From Bacilli bacterium (GTDB taxonomy: Bacteria; Bacillota_I; Bacilli_A; RF39; UBA660), in NCBI GenBank assembly GCA_017622175.1, contig JAGARQ010000027.1:6416-70415 (forward strand): 64,000 nucleotides of DNA, written 5' to 3'. Position numbers and translations under genes: made by a program. The notes under the pieces were generated by a model. That model was given only the letters and a program-made list of their open reading frames with translations, searched no databases and had not been told where the DNA came from. Shown here piece by piece: positions 1-9,300 of the stretch (its first letter is position 1; each line of letters starts with the position of its first letter).

Positions 1-612
1 AATTCTTTTAATTCTTTTCTTTACTTCTTCTATTTTTTCTTTTAATTCTTTATTTATTTCTCCTGTTGCGATTGTATCAGATGTAACTTTAATTTCGATA
101 TGTAACTTTTCTGATAATGTTTCTGTTTTCCCTTTATATTCTAAAAGTTTATTATCTGAAATATCTAATTCTTTTAGTTCATCTTCTCTTTCAAGAACGA
201 ATCTTTCCATGGTATTAACAAGTGTATGTAAGAATCTATTTTCATAAATATTAAATGTTTCTTCATTTCTAATATCTAAGATTTTACCAGGTTCTACCAT
301 ATCAGTTGCTGCATCATATTTATTGATATAGTTTGTATGGCGAGATAAGTCTTTTACACTTTCTACTGTAATTCTTTTGGCTTTTTCAATTAGTTCAACA
401 TTTGCTTCTTGTACTAGTGCTACTTTAGCAACTCTTACAATTTTATCAATTCTTGGACATGCTTCTTCTATCTCATCTAACCAATCAAAAGAAAGCAAGT
501 CTCCATTGTAGGTTGAGGCAAAAGCCATTTCTGATTCTAATTTTTTTAAAAACTTTTTAGTTGAAGTTCTTGCTTCTTCTGTATACTCTTTATCAAATAA
601 ATTATTATTCAT
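1..612 (-). CDS. N-terminal 204 aa of a McrC/DUF2357-like partner protein; the 3' end runs off the window
   Basis: Not in the ORF track. Manual minus-strand translation from the ATG at 610-612 (RBS GGTGG 6 nt upstream) gives MNNNLFDKEYTEEARTSTKKFLKKLESEMAFASTYNGDLLSFDW... and stays open to position 1. It contains ...NEETFNIYENRFLHTLV..., resembling the TxENR(F/L)(L/I) motif of McrC/DUF2357 N-terminal regions. It starts 15 nt after the stop of the McrB-like ATPase. Confidence 0.45.
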   Translation of the reverse strand, partial: MNNNLFDKEYTEEARTSTKKFLKKLESEMAFASTYNGDLLSFDWLDEIEEACPRIDKIVRVAKVALVQEANVELIEKAKRITVESVKDLSRHTNYINKYDAATDMVEPGKILDIRNEETFNIYENRFLHTLVNTMERFVLEREDELKELDISDNKLLEYKGKTETLSEKLHIEIKVTSDTIATGEINKELKEKIEEVKKRIKRI

Positions 613-627
613 TCTTTACCACCCTAT

Positions 628-2166
628 CTAAATAGACTTCTTAAGGTTTGTTAGGTAAGCGATACATTCTTTCATAACGCCTTTACCAAATTTCTTATTT
701 AACCATGCGATGAATGGATCTATTTCATCTCTTATAAGTGCTACACTTAATTGATCAAATTTTCTTAAGATTTTTTTAGCAATGAAGTAATCAATTGCTT
801 CTATTTCTTTTCCTCCACATGCTACATATACTGGAGAGAAAGTATTTAATTGTTTCATAATACGGTTACCGAAAGCAATTCGGAAATGTTCAATAACATA
901 GTCATCGATTTCAACTACAGATTGGTATCCTTTTTCTGTTAATGGGAACTTTTCAATAGCATCTTGGAATAAACTTTCTAAATAGCTTGCGTTAATATCC
1001 ATTGCTTCTTGTTCACGACATTTGAATGGTGCAACCTTAGAGTTAATATCTAATGGCATAGCACGGTCGTAAACTTTATCTGTTACCATGAATGTTGAAT
1101 CGTCGTTGTTGATTGTTCCGATATACCATAAGTTTCCAGGTAATCTTAATTTACCTTTAACTAATCTTTTTGGATCTGTTGGCCAAGCGCTTGATACGAT
1201 ATCAACTAACCATTCTTCACGACTTGGCATTTCTAGAATTGAAAGTAAATCTGCGAAGTAGTATTCTACACGAGCTAGGTTCATTTCATCTAGTATGATT
1301 GTATGTACATCATCATCAAATCCTGCTTCATAGATTTCTCCAAGAGCTCTTGTTTCATTGAACTTCTTAGTGAATTCGTTGAAGTATCCAAGGAAGTCTG
1401 ATTTATCTTTCCATGAAGGTTCAACTGATGATACACACGAATCTTGTTTTACGAATTTTCCCCATGCATATGCTAAGGAAGTTTTACCTGTACCAGAGAT
1501 ACCTTGTAAGATAATTAACTTACCACAAGCAAGTCCTGCAAAGAAAGGACGTAAAATTTCATAGTTATAATATAGTCTTAATTGTGATGCTGAGAAACAT
1601 CTGAAGTTATCAATTAACTCTGCTAATGTGAAATTGTTATCATAATTCTTAGGTTTTGTATCACCTAATTCAGCATCTATCATAGCAAGTTTAGGGAATC
1701 TGATAGTTGGATCTCCATTTTCTTCTTCTCCCTCTTCTCCTTCAGGGTTAACTTCATCCGGATTTTCTTCTTCACCTTCAGGGTTAACTCCTAATTGAGA
1801 AACTTTCATTGCCATAATTTCATCTCTTTCTTTCATTAATCTAGCAACTTCTTTATTTAAGTCTGCTATTTCTGAAAGTAGTGAATCTTTATTAATGTCT
1901 TTGTCATATCTTCTAATCAATTTTCTTATTAACATAATAAGAAGTAATATAATTACTAGAACTATTACTACTAGTAGTATTACTGATAATACTACTAGTA
2001 TTTTTTCAAATGTATTGAAATTACCTTGATAGCTAGATATTAATTTAGCATATTCAGGAATGTTAAACATTTGAATTAGTCCTCCAAATATTCCTTTAAA
2101 TATATCCATGAATCCATCAAAGAAGATTGAGATGAATTCATAAAAGAATCTTATAAATGTATTCAT
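628..2166 (-). CDS. Membrane-tethered McrB-lineage AAA+ (AAA_5) ATPase
   Basis: Walker A is GISGTGKTSLA. The Walker B/McrB-type block is IILDEMNLARVEYYFADLLSILE, and YIGTINNDDSTFMVTDKVYDRA matches the GT(V/M)N..(D/E)...(L)DRA block of COG1401-type McrB homologues. The N-terminus has two hydrophobic segments (one is ILVVLSVILLVVIVLVIILLLIMLI), a coiled coil and an acidic direct repeat VNPEGEE (36-nt period, 1739-1788). Confidence 0.7.
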   Translation of the reverse strand: MNTFIRFFYEFISIFFDGFMDIFKGIFGGLIQMFNIPEYAKLISSYQGNFNTFEKILVVLSVILLVVIVLVIILLLIMLIRKLIRRYDKDINKDSLLSEIADLNKEVARLMKERDEIMAMKVSQLGVNPEGEEENPDEVNPEGEEGEEENGDPTIRFPKLAMIDAELGDTKPKNYDNNFTLAELIDNFRCFSASQLRLYYNYEILRPFFAGLACGKLIILQGISGTGKTSLAYAWGKFVKQDSCVSSVEPSWKDKSDFLGYFNEFTKKFNETRALGEIYEAGFDDDVHTIILDEMNLARVEYYFADLLSILEMPSREEWLVDIVSSAWPTDPKRLVKGKLRLPGNLWYIGTINNDDSTFMVTDKVYDRAMPLDINSKVAPFKCREQEAMDINASYLESLFQDAIEKFPLTEKGYQSVVEIDDYVIEHFRIAFGNRIMKQLNTFSPVYVACGGKEIEAIDYFIAKKILRKFDQLSVALIRDEIDPFIAWLNKKFGKGVMKECIAYLTNLKKSI

Positions 2167-2179
2167 TTCCTACTCCCCT

Positions 2180-4174
2180 CTAGAAATTACCTATCTTACT
2201 AGATATTTCCTCGTACATTATTTTTGGTTTTAAATCTTCTGGTAAAACTTCAATGATGTTTGTTTTAGCAACTTTCTTTCTACTTATAAAGATATAATCT
2301 AAAACATATAGTTCCTTAATATCACTCTTCTTTAGTAGTTCTACATCGTTCATATCTACTGAGAAGTTGAATCCTTTTTTAATTAGTGTTTTAATAACTT
2401 TTTTGTTATCAGATAGACTGTTATATGAAAGTAAGATATTGATATTTTTCTTAGCAAGTTCATCATCTAACATTTCAAATACTTGGTCTAGTTTATTATC
2501 TTTTGTATAAAGTGTATCTGGTACATATACAACATATTTTTTATTAAATTCTCCATTAAACATATCCTTTACTAATTGTGATAGAAGTAAGTTACTAAGA
2601 ACTTTAATTTTATCTTCAGCAATTATTCCTTCAGAATATGTTTTATCTACTATGTATTCACTATATACTTTTGAAAATTGAATGTTATGAGCAAGTTCTA
2701 CTGCATACATGTCTTTTCTAGTTAATTTATTAAACTTCAATTCAAACATATTTGTTTCAATCTTCGATTGAATGAATTTAACCATTCCACTATATGTTTT
2801 TTGAGTTTTTAATAAATTAGTTATTATTTTCTTTAAATCTTGTTGTGATAAATCATTGAATTTAATATATTTTAAAATTCTTTTATTGTATGTATCTTTT
2901 TTCTTTTGTAGGTCTTCAATTTTAAAATCTTCTTCTAAATGATTTATTAGTTGTAAGAACTTAACGTTCTTTTCAACTTTTTCTTCATACTTTTTGTCTG
3001 ATTCTTTGTAAGATGCAATTAATTTATTTCCAACTTCTTCAATTAATTTATCAAGTTTTGATAACATGTTCTTACCGTTGTAATTAAGATTAATATCACC
3101 ACAGTTGTTATAGTATTTAGCATCAATGTATGAATCAATTAATTTATCTTTAATAGTCGGTTCATTGTTTTTTGGTTCTTCTTCTCTATTTAAGATTGTT
3201 ATTATTTCAAGAATTTCTTCTTTTTTAATTAACATTGCTTTTTCAATGATGTTTTTACATTTCTTTTTCTTTCTTTGAATAAGTTCAAGTTTACTTTTAA
3301 TTTTATCTTCGCCAACTTCAACTTCTTCTTTTTCAGCAACTTTAATATTTTCTTTAGCATTTTCGCTTTGTTCTTCTAGTTCTTTTGGTATTTCTTCATA
3401 AACATTTGATAATTCATCTTTATCTACTGAAACCATTCTGAAGAATAATGTTTTTTCCATATCAGATGTATTTTCAAGTTCTGCTTTCATCTTTTCTTTC
3501 ATTTCATCTGAAATTTCTGGTTTTTCTTCTTTTACTTCTCTTATTTCTTCTTTTGGTTCAATAACTTTTTCTTCTTTTACTTCTTCTTTGCTTTCAGATT
3601 TAGCTGTTTTCTTATGTGTTACAGCTCTTTTTACTTTTTCAAGAAGTTCTTTTTCTTTTTCTTTGTCTTCTTGGGTTGTTTTTTTGAATACTTGATTTAC
3701 AAAGAATAGTGTTACGATTATTGCGATTAGTACTATTGGATTAAAGATTGTTTTTCTTAATATTCCAAAGTTTGGTATTACTTTAACAACTTTACCAACT
3801 ATTTGGTCTTTACTAATTGGTGAATCTTTTGCGGTATTTGCATCACCTTTTGTAACATAAGTTCCGTTATATGCCTCAATTACACGGTGTGTAATATATT
3901 CACCTTTATGTTCAAATGTAACTATGTCATTTAGTTTAATATTTTTAGAATATTTAACTACTATCCAATCTCCTGGTTCTATGATTTCACCCATACTTCC
4001 AGTTTGAACTTCAAATACTGAATGTCCAAAGAAACTTGCATAGTCACGTCCTAGTATCTTTACTTGAATATTGTTGTAAACAGTTATAAGTAGAATTACA
4101 CCTAATATAACAATAAATATGTCTAGTAGGATGTTTATTATTTTTTTGATTATACTGTTTTTATTCTCTTTCAT
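2180..4174 (-). CDS. SipW-type (ER/archaeal-type S26) signal peptidase I fused to a ~480-aa K/E-rich C-terminal extension, predicted cytoplasmic
   Basis: The order is N-terminal TM, GSMGEIIEPGD (Ser), ITHRVIE (His), TKGDANTAKD (Asp), a second TM (IVLIAIIVTLFFVNQVF), then a long tail with no motif I recognise. The start is set at the ATG at 4172-4174 (GGGAGTG RBS 6 nt upstream); the track start at 4189 is an alternative. Confidence 0.7.
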   Translation of the reverse strand: MKENKNSIIKKIINILLDIFIVILGVILLITVYNNIQVKILGRDYASFFGHSVFEVQTGSMGEIIEPGDWIVVKYSKNIKLNDIVTFEHKGEYITHRVIEAYNGTYVTKGDANTAKDSPISKDQIVGKVVKVIPNFGILRKTIFNPIVLIAIIVTLFFVNQVFKKTTQEDKEKEKELLEKVKRAVTHKKTAKSESKEEVKEEKVIEPKEEIREVKEEKPEISDEMKEKMKAELENTSDMEKTLFFRMVSVDKDELSNVYEEIPKELEEQSENAKENIKVAEKEEVEVGEDKIKSKLELIQRKKKKCKNIIEKAMLIKKEEILEIITILNREEEPKNNEPTIKDKLIDSYIDAKYYNNCGDINLNYNGKNMLSKLDKLIEEVGNKLIASYKESDKKYEEKVEKNVKFLQLINHLEEDFKIEDLQKKKDTYNKRILKYIKFNDLSQQDLKKIITNLLKTQKTYSGMVKFIQSKIETNMFELKFNKLTRKDMYAVELAHNIQFSKVYSEYIVDKTYSEGIIAEDKIKVLSNLLLSQLVKDMFNGEFNKKYVVYVPDTLYTKDNKLDQVFEMLDDELAKKNINILLSYNSLSDNKKVIKTLIKKGFNFSVDMNDVELLKKSDIKELYVLDYIFISRKKVAKTNIIEVLPEDLKPKIMYEEISSKIGNF

Positions 4175-4213
4175 TAAAGTCACTCCCATTTTATTCGTAT
4201 TCTACCTTATTTT

Positions 4214-4242
4214 ATTATAGCACCCCATACTTTTTTTTACAA
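4214..4242 (-). promoter_or_regulatory. Sigma-A-type promoter with extended -10 for the peptidase/AAA+/McrC-like unit
   Basis: The minus strand reads TTGTAA, a 17-nt spacer, then TGCTATAAT. It lies between the terminator at 4262-4290 and the start codon. Confidence 0.6.
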
Positions 4243-4261
4243 CAAAATAAGACCATTTTTG

Positions 4262-4290
4262 ACAAAAAAAAAGACTAGATTTTAGTCTTC
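4262..4290 (-). terminator. Rho-independent terminator ending transcription unit 2
   Basis: The minus strand reads AGACTA-AAATC-TAGTCT followed by T9. The hairpin overlaps the stop codon of the 176-aa gene. Confidence 0.65.
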
Positions 4291-4812
4291 TTCTGCACCG
4301 TATTTAATCTCAACAATTAGAGAGTAAACTTCATAAATAAAGATTAAGAAACATGGTACTAATACTATAAATAAGAATCCCCATTGTGATTCAATAATAG
4401 ATAAAGCTGTTCCTATTTTATCATATGATTCTGTACCAATTCCTGCAACGTATTCCATAGAATATGTTTCTCCGTTTTCATATGCAATAGCATTATCTTC
4501 TACGTAAACATCTCCTATTTTACCATAACTTATTGAAGGAATACCTTTACTGTCAATACGATATGTAAATACTTCATCTCCTATTTTAAGTTGATCTACT
4601 TTTTTCTCTTCAACAATTACTAAGTCACCTTTTTGATATTTTTCAGTTGCGATTTCATCGCGAATAATAACTAAACTTTTTGTACCAAATTGAGTAACTC
4701 CATAGTCATTAAAGTTTAATAATAGAATTGTCATTATTAATGCAAATACAAAATATACTGTTCCGACAAGTCCAATTAAGAATTTTTTGATAGTTTCTAA
4801 TACTTTTTTCAT
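4282..4812 (-). CDS. S26/SipW-like membrane protein lacking the catalytic Ser/His/Asp (pseudo-peptidase)
   Basis: It has the same architecture as SipW: an N-terminal TM, a beta-rich core with KGDLVIVEE...IGDEVFTY, and a C-terminal TM. The GSM position reads RDEIA, HRV reads SYGKI and GDAN reads VEDNA. Strong RBS (GGAGG). Confidence 0.4.
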   Translation of the reverse strand: MKKVLETIKKFLIGLVGTVYFVFALIMTILLLNFNDYGVTQFGTKSLVIIRDEIATEKYQKGDLVIVEEKKVDQLKIGDEVFTYRIDSKGIPSISYGKIGDVYVEDNAIAYENGETYSMEYVAGIGTESYDKIGTALSIIESQWGFLFIVLVPCFLIFIYEVYSLIVEIKYGAEED

Positions 4813-4864
4813 CTTACTACCTCCTACTATTTAATCCTATCATAAATATATTAATACTTCAACA

Positions 4865-5764
4865 CTATTCACATTCTGTAGTTTCTACTAGAGTGAATTC
4901 TTCTTCTGAATATGTTTTAGTTGTATCAGTTTTATAGAATGTATAATTTAAACTATTTTTCTTTGAAAGTTTAAAAATAATTTCATTTATATAGTTTGAA
5001 TTATTTGTTTTATGAGAAATATAATCATTACTATCTTGATCAATAATTAAATTATCTGGATTCCATGTTAATTTTAAACATTTATCTTCATTATAAGAAT
5101 TTGTAATAACAATATTTTCATAGTTTGTTTTTGATTCATATTTTAAATTTAAGCTACCTATATCACTACTATCTTTTGTAAGAATATATTTAGCACTTAT
5201 TTCTTTTTCATATGGAGAAGTTGATTTTGCAGTTATTACTACTGTTGCTGTATCAATAGGATTTCCTTTAGTATCAACAATTTCAAAGAAATGTTCTGAT
5301 TTTGTAGGAACATTTGTCCAACTATATTTTGTACATTGTGATTCATTATAACTTGAGGTATCTACACCATCATTAGTTTCATTTAAACAACCAATTGATG
5401 CGGATAATTTAGCAGTTATTTTATTTTTTTCAGTTCCATTTAAATAACATACTTTAGTACTATTTTCTTCTTCTACTGTACAAGTTATTTCATAATCTAT
5501 ATCTGATTCTGATGCAATATATTTATTTTTACTGTTTTTTATTGAGAATGTAACTTTTTCTCCATCCCAAGAAGTATCTGTTACTTTGTTTTGATCTGAT
5601 GATAATTCATCACTTTCAAAGTAAAATCCTTTAGAACTTAAATAGTAATTAAATGCTGCATCTGAAACATACTTAGCATAAGTTATTCCCCTTGTTAAAA
5701 CAACAAGAATAATTATTCCAAACAATGCATAAAATAAATGTTTTGTAGTATTATCTTTTTTCAT
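4865..5764 (-). CDS. Exported protein with a SipW-cognate-like signal anchor, function unknown
   Basis: The N-terminus is MKKDNTTKHLFYALFGIIILVVLTRGITYAKYVSD. The mature part is Cys-containing and beta-rich. Confidence 0.5.
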   Translation of the reverse strand: MKKDNTTKHLFYALFGIIILVVLTRGITYAKYVSDAAFNYYLSSKGFYFESDELSSDQNKVTDTSWDGEKVTFSIKNSKNKYIASESDIDYEITCTVEEENSTKVCYLNGTEKNKITAKLSASIGCLNETNDGVDTSSYNESQCTKYSWTNVPTKSEHFFEIVDTKGNPIDTATVVITAKSTSPYEKEISAKYILTKDSSDIGSLNLKYESKTNYENIVITNSYNEDKCLKLTWNPDNLIIDQDSNDYISHKTNNSNYINEIIFKLSKKNSLNYTFYKTDTTKTYSEEEFTLVETTECE

Positions 5765-5771
5765 ACTTCAC

Positions 5772-6317
5772 CTACTTCCCTGTTGATTGCCAACTGTTAA
5801 TATCTATATCAATGTAGTCAACTAAGTTTGCATATACTTCACTATTATATTTTGCTGGAAATGTTAATTCTAATGTATATTTATCTGTTACTTTATCATT
5901 ATGAACCATTTTTTGAATTCCAGAATTACAAAGTAATTGATTAGTTGCTTCATCTCTTGAGAAGCCATCATCACAGATAAGCACTGGTTCTTCTACACCT
6001 TCTTTGTATAGTTTAATATCAAGTGGCATAAAATGATAAGTCTTAACAATTACTTGATAATTAATAGTAACATCACTTTTCTTTTGTTCTAGATTGTTAG
6101 CAACTTGAAAAGTATATTTAACAGGTTCATCTCCAGGATTTAAATCAGTAATTGGTAATTCAATTGAATCTGTTTTAGTTGCCTCAAAGATGAACTGGGC
6201 AATTTTTTGATTAGCTATTAAATTAGAATTAGATGTAAAAAGGGAATATGTTATTCCAGTACCTGCGACTAGGATAAAAGAACAAATAACTATAATCATT
6301 ATCTTTTTCTTTATCAT
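5772..6317 (-). CDS. Small TasA/camelysin-like exported protein
   Basis: The signal is IVICSFILVAGTGITYSLFTSNSN (compare TasA GGGTWAAFND), followed by a ~150-aa beta-sandwich-like body. Confidence 0.5.
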   Translation of the reverse strand: MIKKKIMIIVICSFILVAGTGITYSLFTSNSNLIANQKIAQFIFEATKTDSIELPITDLNPGDEPVKYTFQVANNLEQKKSDVTINYQVIVKTYHFMPLDIKLYKEGVEEPVLICDDGFSRDEATNQLLCNSGIQKMVHNDKVTDKYTLELTFPAKYNSEVYANLVDYIDIDINSWQSTGK

Positions 6318-6336
6318 GATATTCCCTTCTTTCTAA

Positions 6337-9300
6337 TTATTTTGTAATGAATTTCTTTTTAATTGTAGTGATTTTACGATCACCATCGAATAGTTCAAAT
6401 CTTAATTCGTAACCATTATTTGCGAACTTTTTATTATTTAATTCAATAATTGTTGATTCTTCTGTTAGACTATATAGCATCTCTCCAGCTGGATTTAGGT
6501 TACCATTTACATAGTCTTTTAAATCAATAAGTTCATATGTTTGATCTGTTGAGATTACTGTTGCACGCTTATATAGTGAAACTTTGATACTCTTATCTTT
6601 TAAGTTAGTTGTATCAAGCATTCTTATTTTTAATTTTGTAGTTGGAATTTCAGTTATTTCTTCACCATTTTCTTTAGTCTTAGAAATAACACTTGTAAAT
6701 TCATGTTCTACATTTTCTTCATCAATTACAGTAATTAATGTATTAAATCCATAGTTTGTTTCTTGTTTGTTTGTAACTTTTACTGGAATTAAAATATTAT
6801 TACTTGAGATACTTGATGTATATTTTCCGTCACTTGCAATAAATGGAGTTATTTGGAAATTATAATCACCTAAATCTAATTTTGTATTTGATAAGTATGT
6901 TGTAATCTTTAGAGCAATTGCTGTTTTATTGGTATTTTCAGCAATATTGATTCTTGTAATACCATCATTATCAGGAGAATATAGATTATCTCCTATTTTA
7001 AAGGCAATATTTTTTAAATGTTCTTTTGAAACAATATTTTGATCTTTATCAATTAATGAAATTGCTATACCTAACTTCTTATTAGTCTTAGTTGTATCAT
7101 AAATTTCTTTATTTTCCGCTAATTTATTTGAAATAAATGTTTCTAAAGAAATTTCTGTTTCTGAATCGCTGTTATAGTAAATAATTTTGTCACCAGATAG
7201 ATTATTTATTTTTATTTCCATATCTTGATTAGGATAAATATTTACTGTTTTGATAGAATCTTTTAATGTAGATACTACCGATTCATTTGCTGAATTTCTT
7301 AATTCTAAATAAGCTTTTAAACTTATTTTTTCAGTAATTTCTGTTTTTGAAAAGTCAACTTTGATACTTAAATCTTTGTCTTTTCTTGCAGTATATTCCG
7401 CATCATTAAATACTTTTGTTGTATCAGTTTGTCCAACTTTGACAAATTTATTTAATGGATATGTTGCATATTTTTCACAATTTTCTTCTGTACAACTTGA
7501 TTCATAATTATATAAATCTTCAGTTGAAGTTACTTTGTATTTAAATACTTCTTTAGTTGTATTATCAAATAAAGTAATTATTGTATTTACTGGCAGAAGC
7601 ATATTTGTTACAAAGTTGTTTGTATCTTTATCTTGATATGTTCTTTCTTCAGTATATTTAAAGTTATATGTAAGGCTTGATTTAGAAGTAATATTTGCTT
7701 CGTTAGAATCTACTTTTTGTTCTGAAAAAGATATTTCTTCTGTATAACCACCAAATACTAAGTTATCTGTACTTACATATTTTACTCTGTCGGCAGCATC
7801 TGTTACTCTTACATATACAATGTAATTACCACATTCAGTTATTTCTATTGGTGAAGTGTAATCTTGCCACTTAGTTCCATCTAAGTTTTTAAGATTTTCT
7901 TCAGTTAGCGTTTCATTTGAAATGTAGTACTTTGTAGATGTAACATCAGCATACCCACCTGTTGCTTCTACATTCAATGTTACTTTTTCTAAAATATTGA
8001 TGTTACTTGGTGTTTCTTTTAATGTTGACCAAGTTTCATCATTCATAGATATTTTAACTACTGGTTCGTTTAAATCTATTACTAAACGTTCACTGTTAAT
8101 GTAAGTAATTTGATCATTCTTATCAACTATTTTTACATATACTGTGTAGTTTCCTTCTTCTTCAATTTTTACCATATTTTCATATAGTGTCCAGTCAGTT
8201 ATTTGCCCTACTTCTTCTCTTGTTTTTAAACCTGTACCTTTGTGAATGTGATAGTAGGCAGTAAAGGTATTTAGTTCATCATTTGAAACTATTCTAAATC
8301 CTACTTGGTTTTTAATATATAAGTTTCTTAATTCATATCCAAGGTTATTCCATGAATATGTTCCAACATAAAGAGTTGCAATTGGATTATTTAAATCATC
8401 AAAATATAGAATTGGATTATAACCTTCTTCGTATACCCAAAGATTATCTTTGTTTTCTTTCAAATCTTCTGAATCAATATATTCTTTAAATCCAAATGTT
8501 TCTTTTAAATCATCATGATTAAAGTCTTCATTTTCTGCATTTACTGTTATTTCTCCTGTAGTTATTTCACCTTCTATAACAGCAATTGGACTGGCGTCTA
8601 AAATGTTATTTACTTCTACTTCTGTGTTTTTAATTTCATTTATTGAATACATTGCTTTTGTTGTACTAAATGAATTTGTGAAATTAACTTTACTATTATT
8701 AGAAATTTTATTAATAAATGAGTTTGTTACAACGGCCTCTAATGTTCCAGAATTATATGTTTTGTCAATGTTTGTTATTTCTGTTGTTCCAGCAATTGTA
8801 CCAATTAATCCTGATGCATATTTAACTGCTTCTATATGCCCTATGTTATATGAATTTGTTAAATCTGTATTTGTTGCATTTGCAACAATACCCGCAGATT
8901 CATTTGTACCATATACATTAGATTTATTAATAATATTTGTAAGTGTCGAAGATGATGCTTTAGCAACAACTCCAGCAGTAACTGCATATGTATCGTATTC
9001 TGTTGTTATATGATATTTTAAATTTTTTAATGTAATAGTTGATGATAATTCATCTGTTACTTTTACTGATAAACTTTCAGGTAATGTATTATTTAAATTA
9101 ATTGTAAATTCACCTGAAGTAATTTCTTGGTCATTAATAATTATTCTTTGATTTTCAGATGTTGTTTCGTATGTACCTGTTAATTTTACTGAAACTGGAG
9201 TTTTTGTTGATACTGGTAAAGTTAATGTTTCTTCTAACTCTGTTTCTGTTTTGTTATATGTTGTATCTTCTAAAGTAAGTATTTCTGTTTCTTTAACTTT

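Noticed and set aside
628-2166. A classical McrBC methyl-cytosine restriction system.
   Set aside because: The AAA+ core is McrB-like, but the N-terminal DNA-binding domain is replaced by a membrane anchor. The gene is also co-transcribed with a signal peptidase fusion, so calling it a standard McrBC restriction enzyme would over-interpret the data.
2180-3600. A degenerate EAL-like domain at the C-terminus of the peptidase fusion (..INILLSYNSLSDNKKVIKTLIKKGFNFSVDMND..).
   Set aside because: There is only a loose alternation pattern. None of the EAL catalytic signatures is visible, and the idea cannot be supported without a profile search.
8603-9013. Plus-strand track ORFs lying inside long minus-strand genes. 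Examples: 1358-1564, 8603-9013, 9251-9487, 12428-12688, 13566-13793, 14256-14633, 15416-15679, 19945-20286, 23540-23854, 30553-30855, 50058-50387 and 57293-57763.
   Set aside because: They are antisense shadow frames of well-supported genes. They have low-complexity, hydrophobic or Ser/Leu/Phe-rich translations and no RBS. They are what an AT-rich sequence with few stops on the opposite strand would produce.
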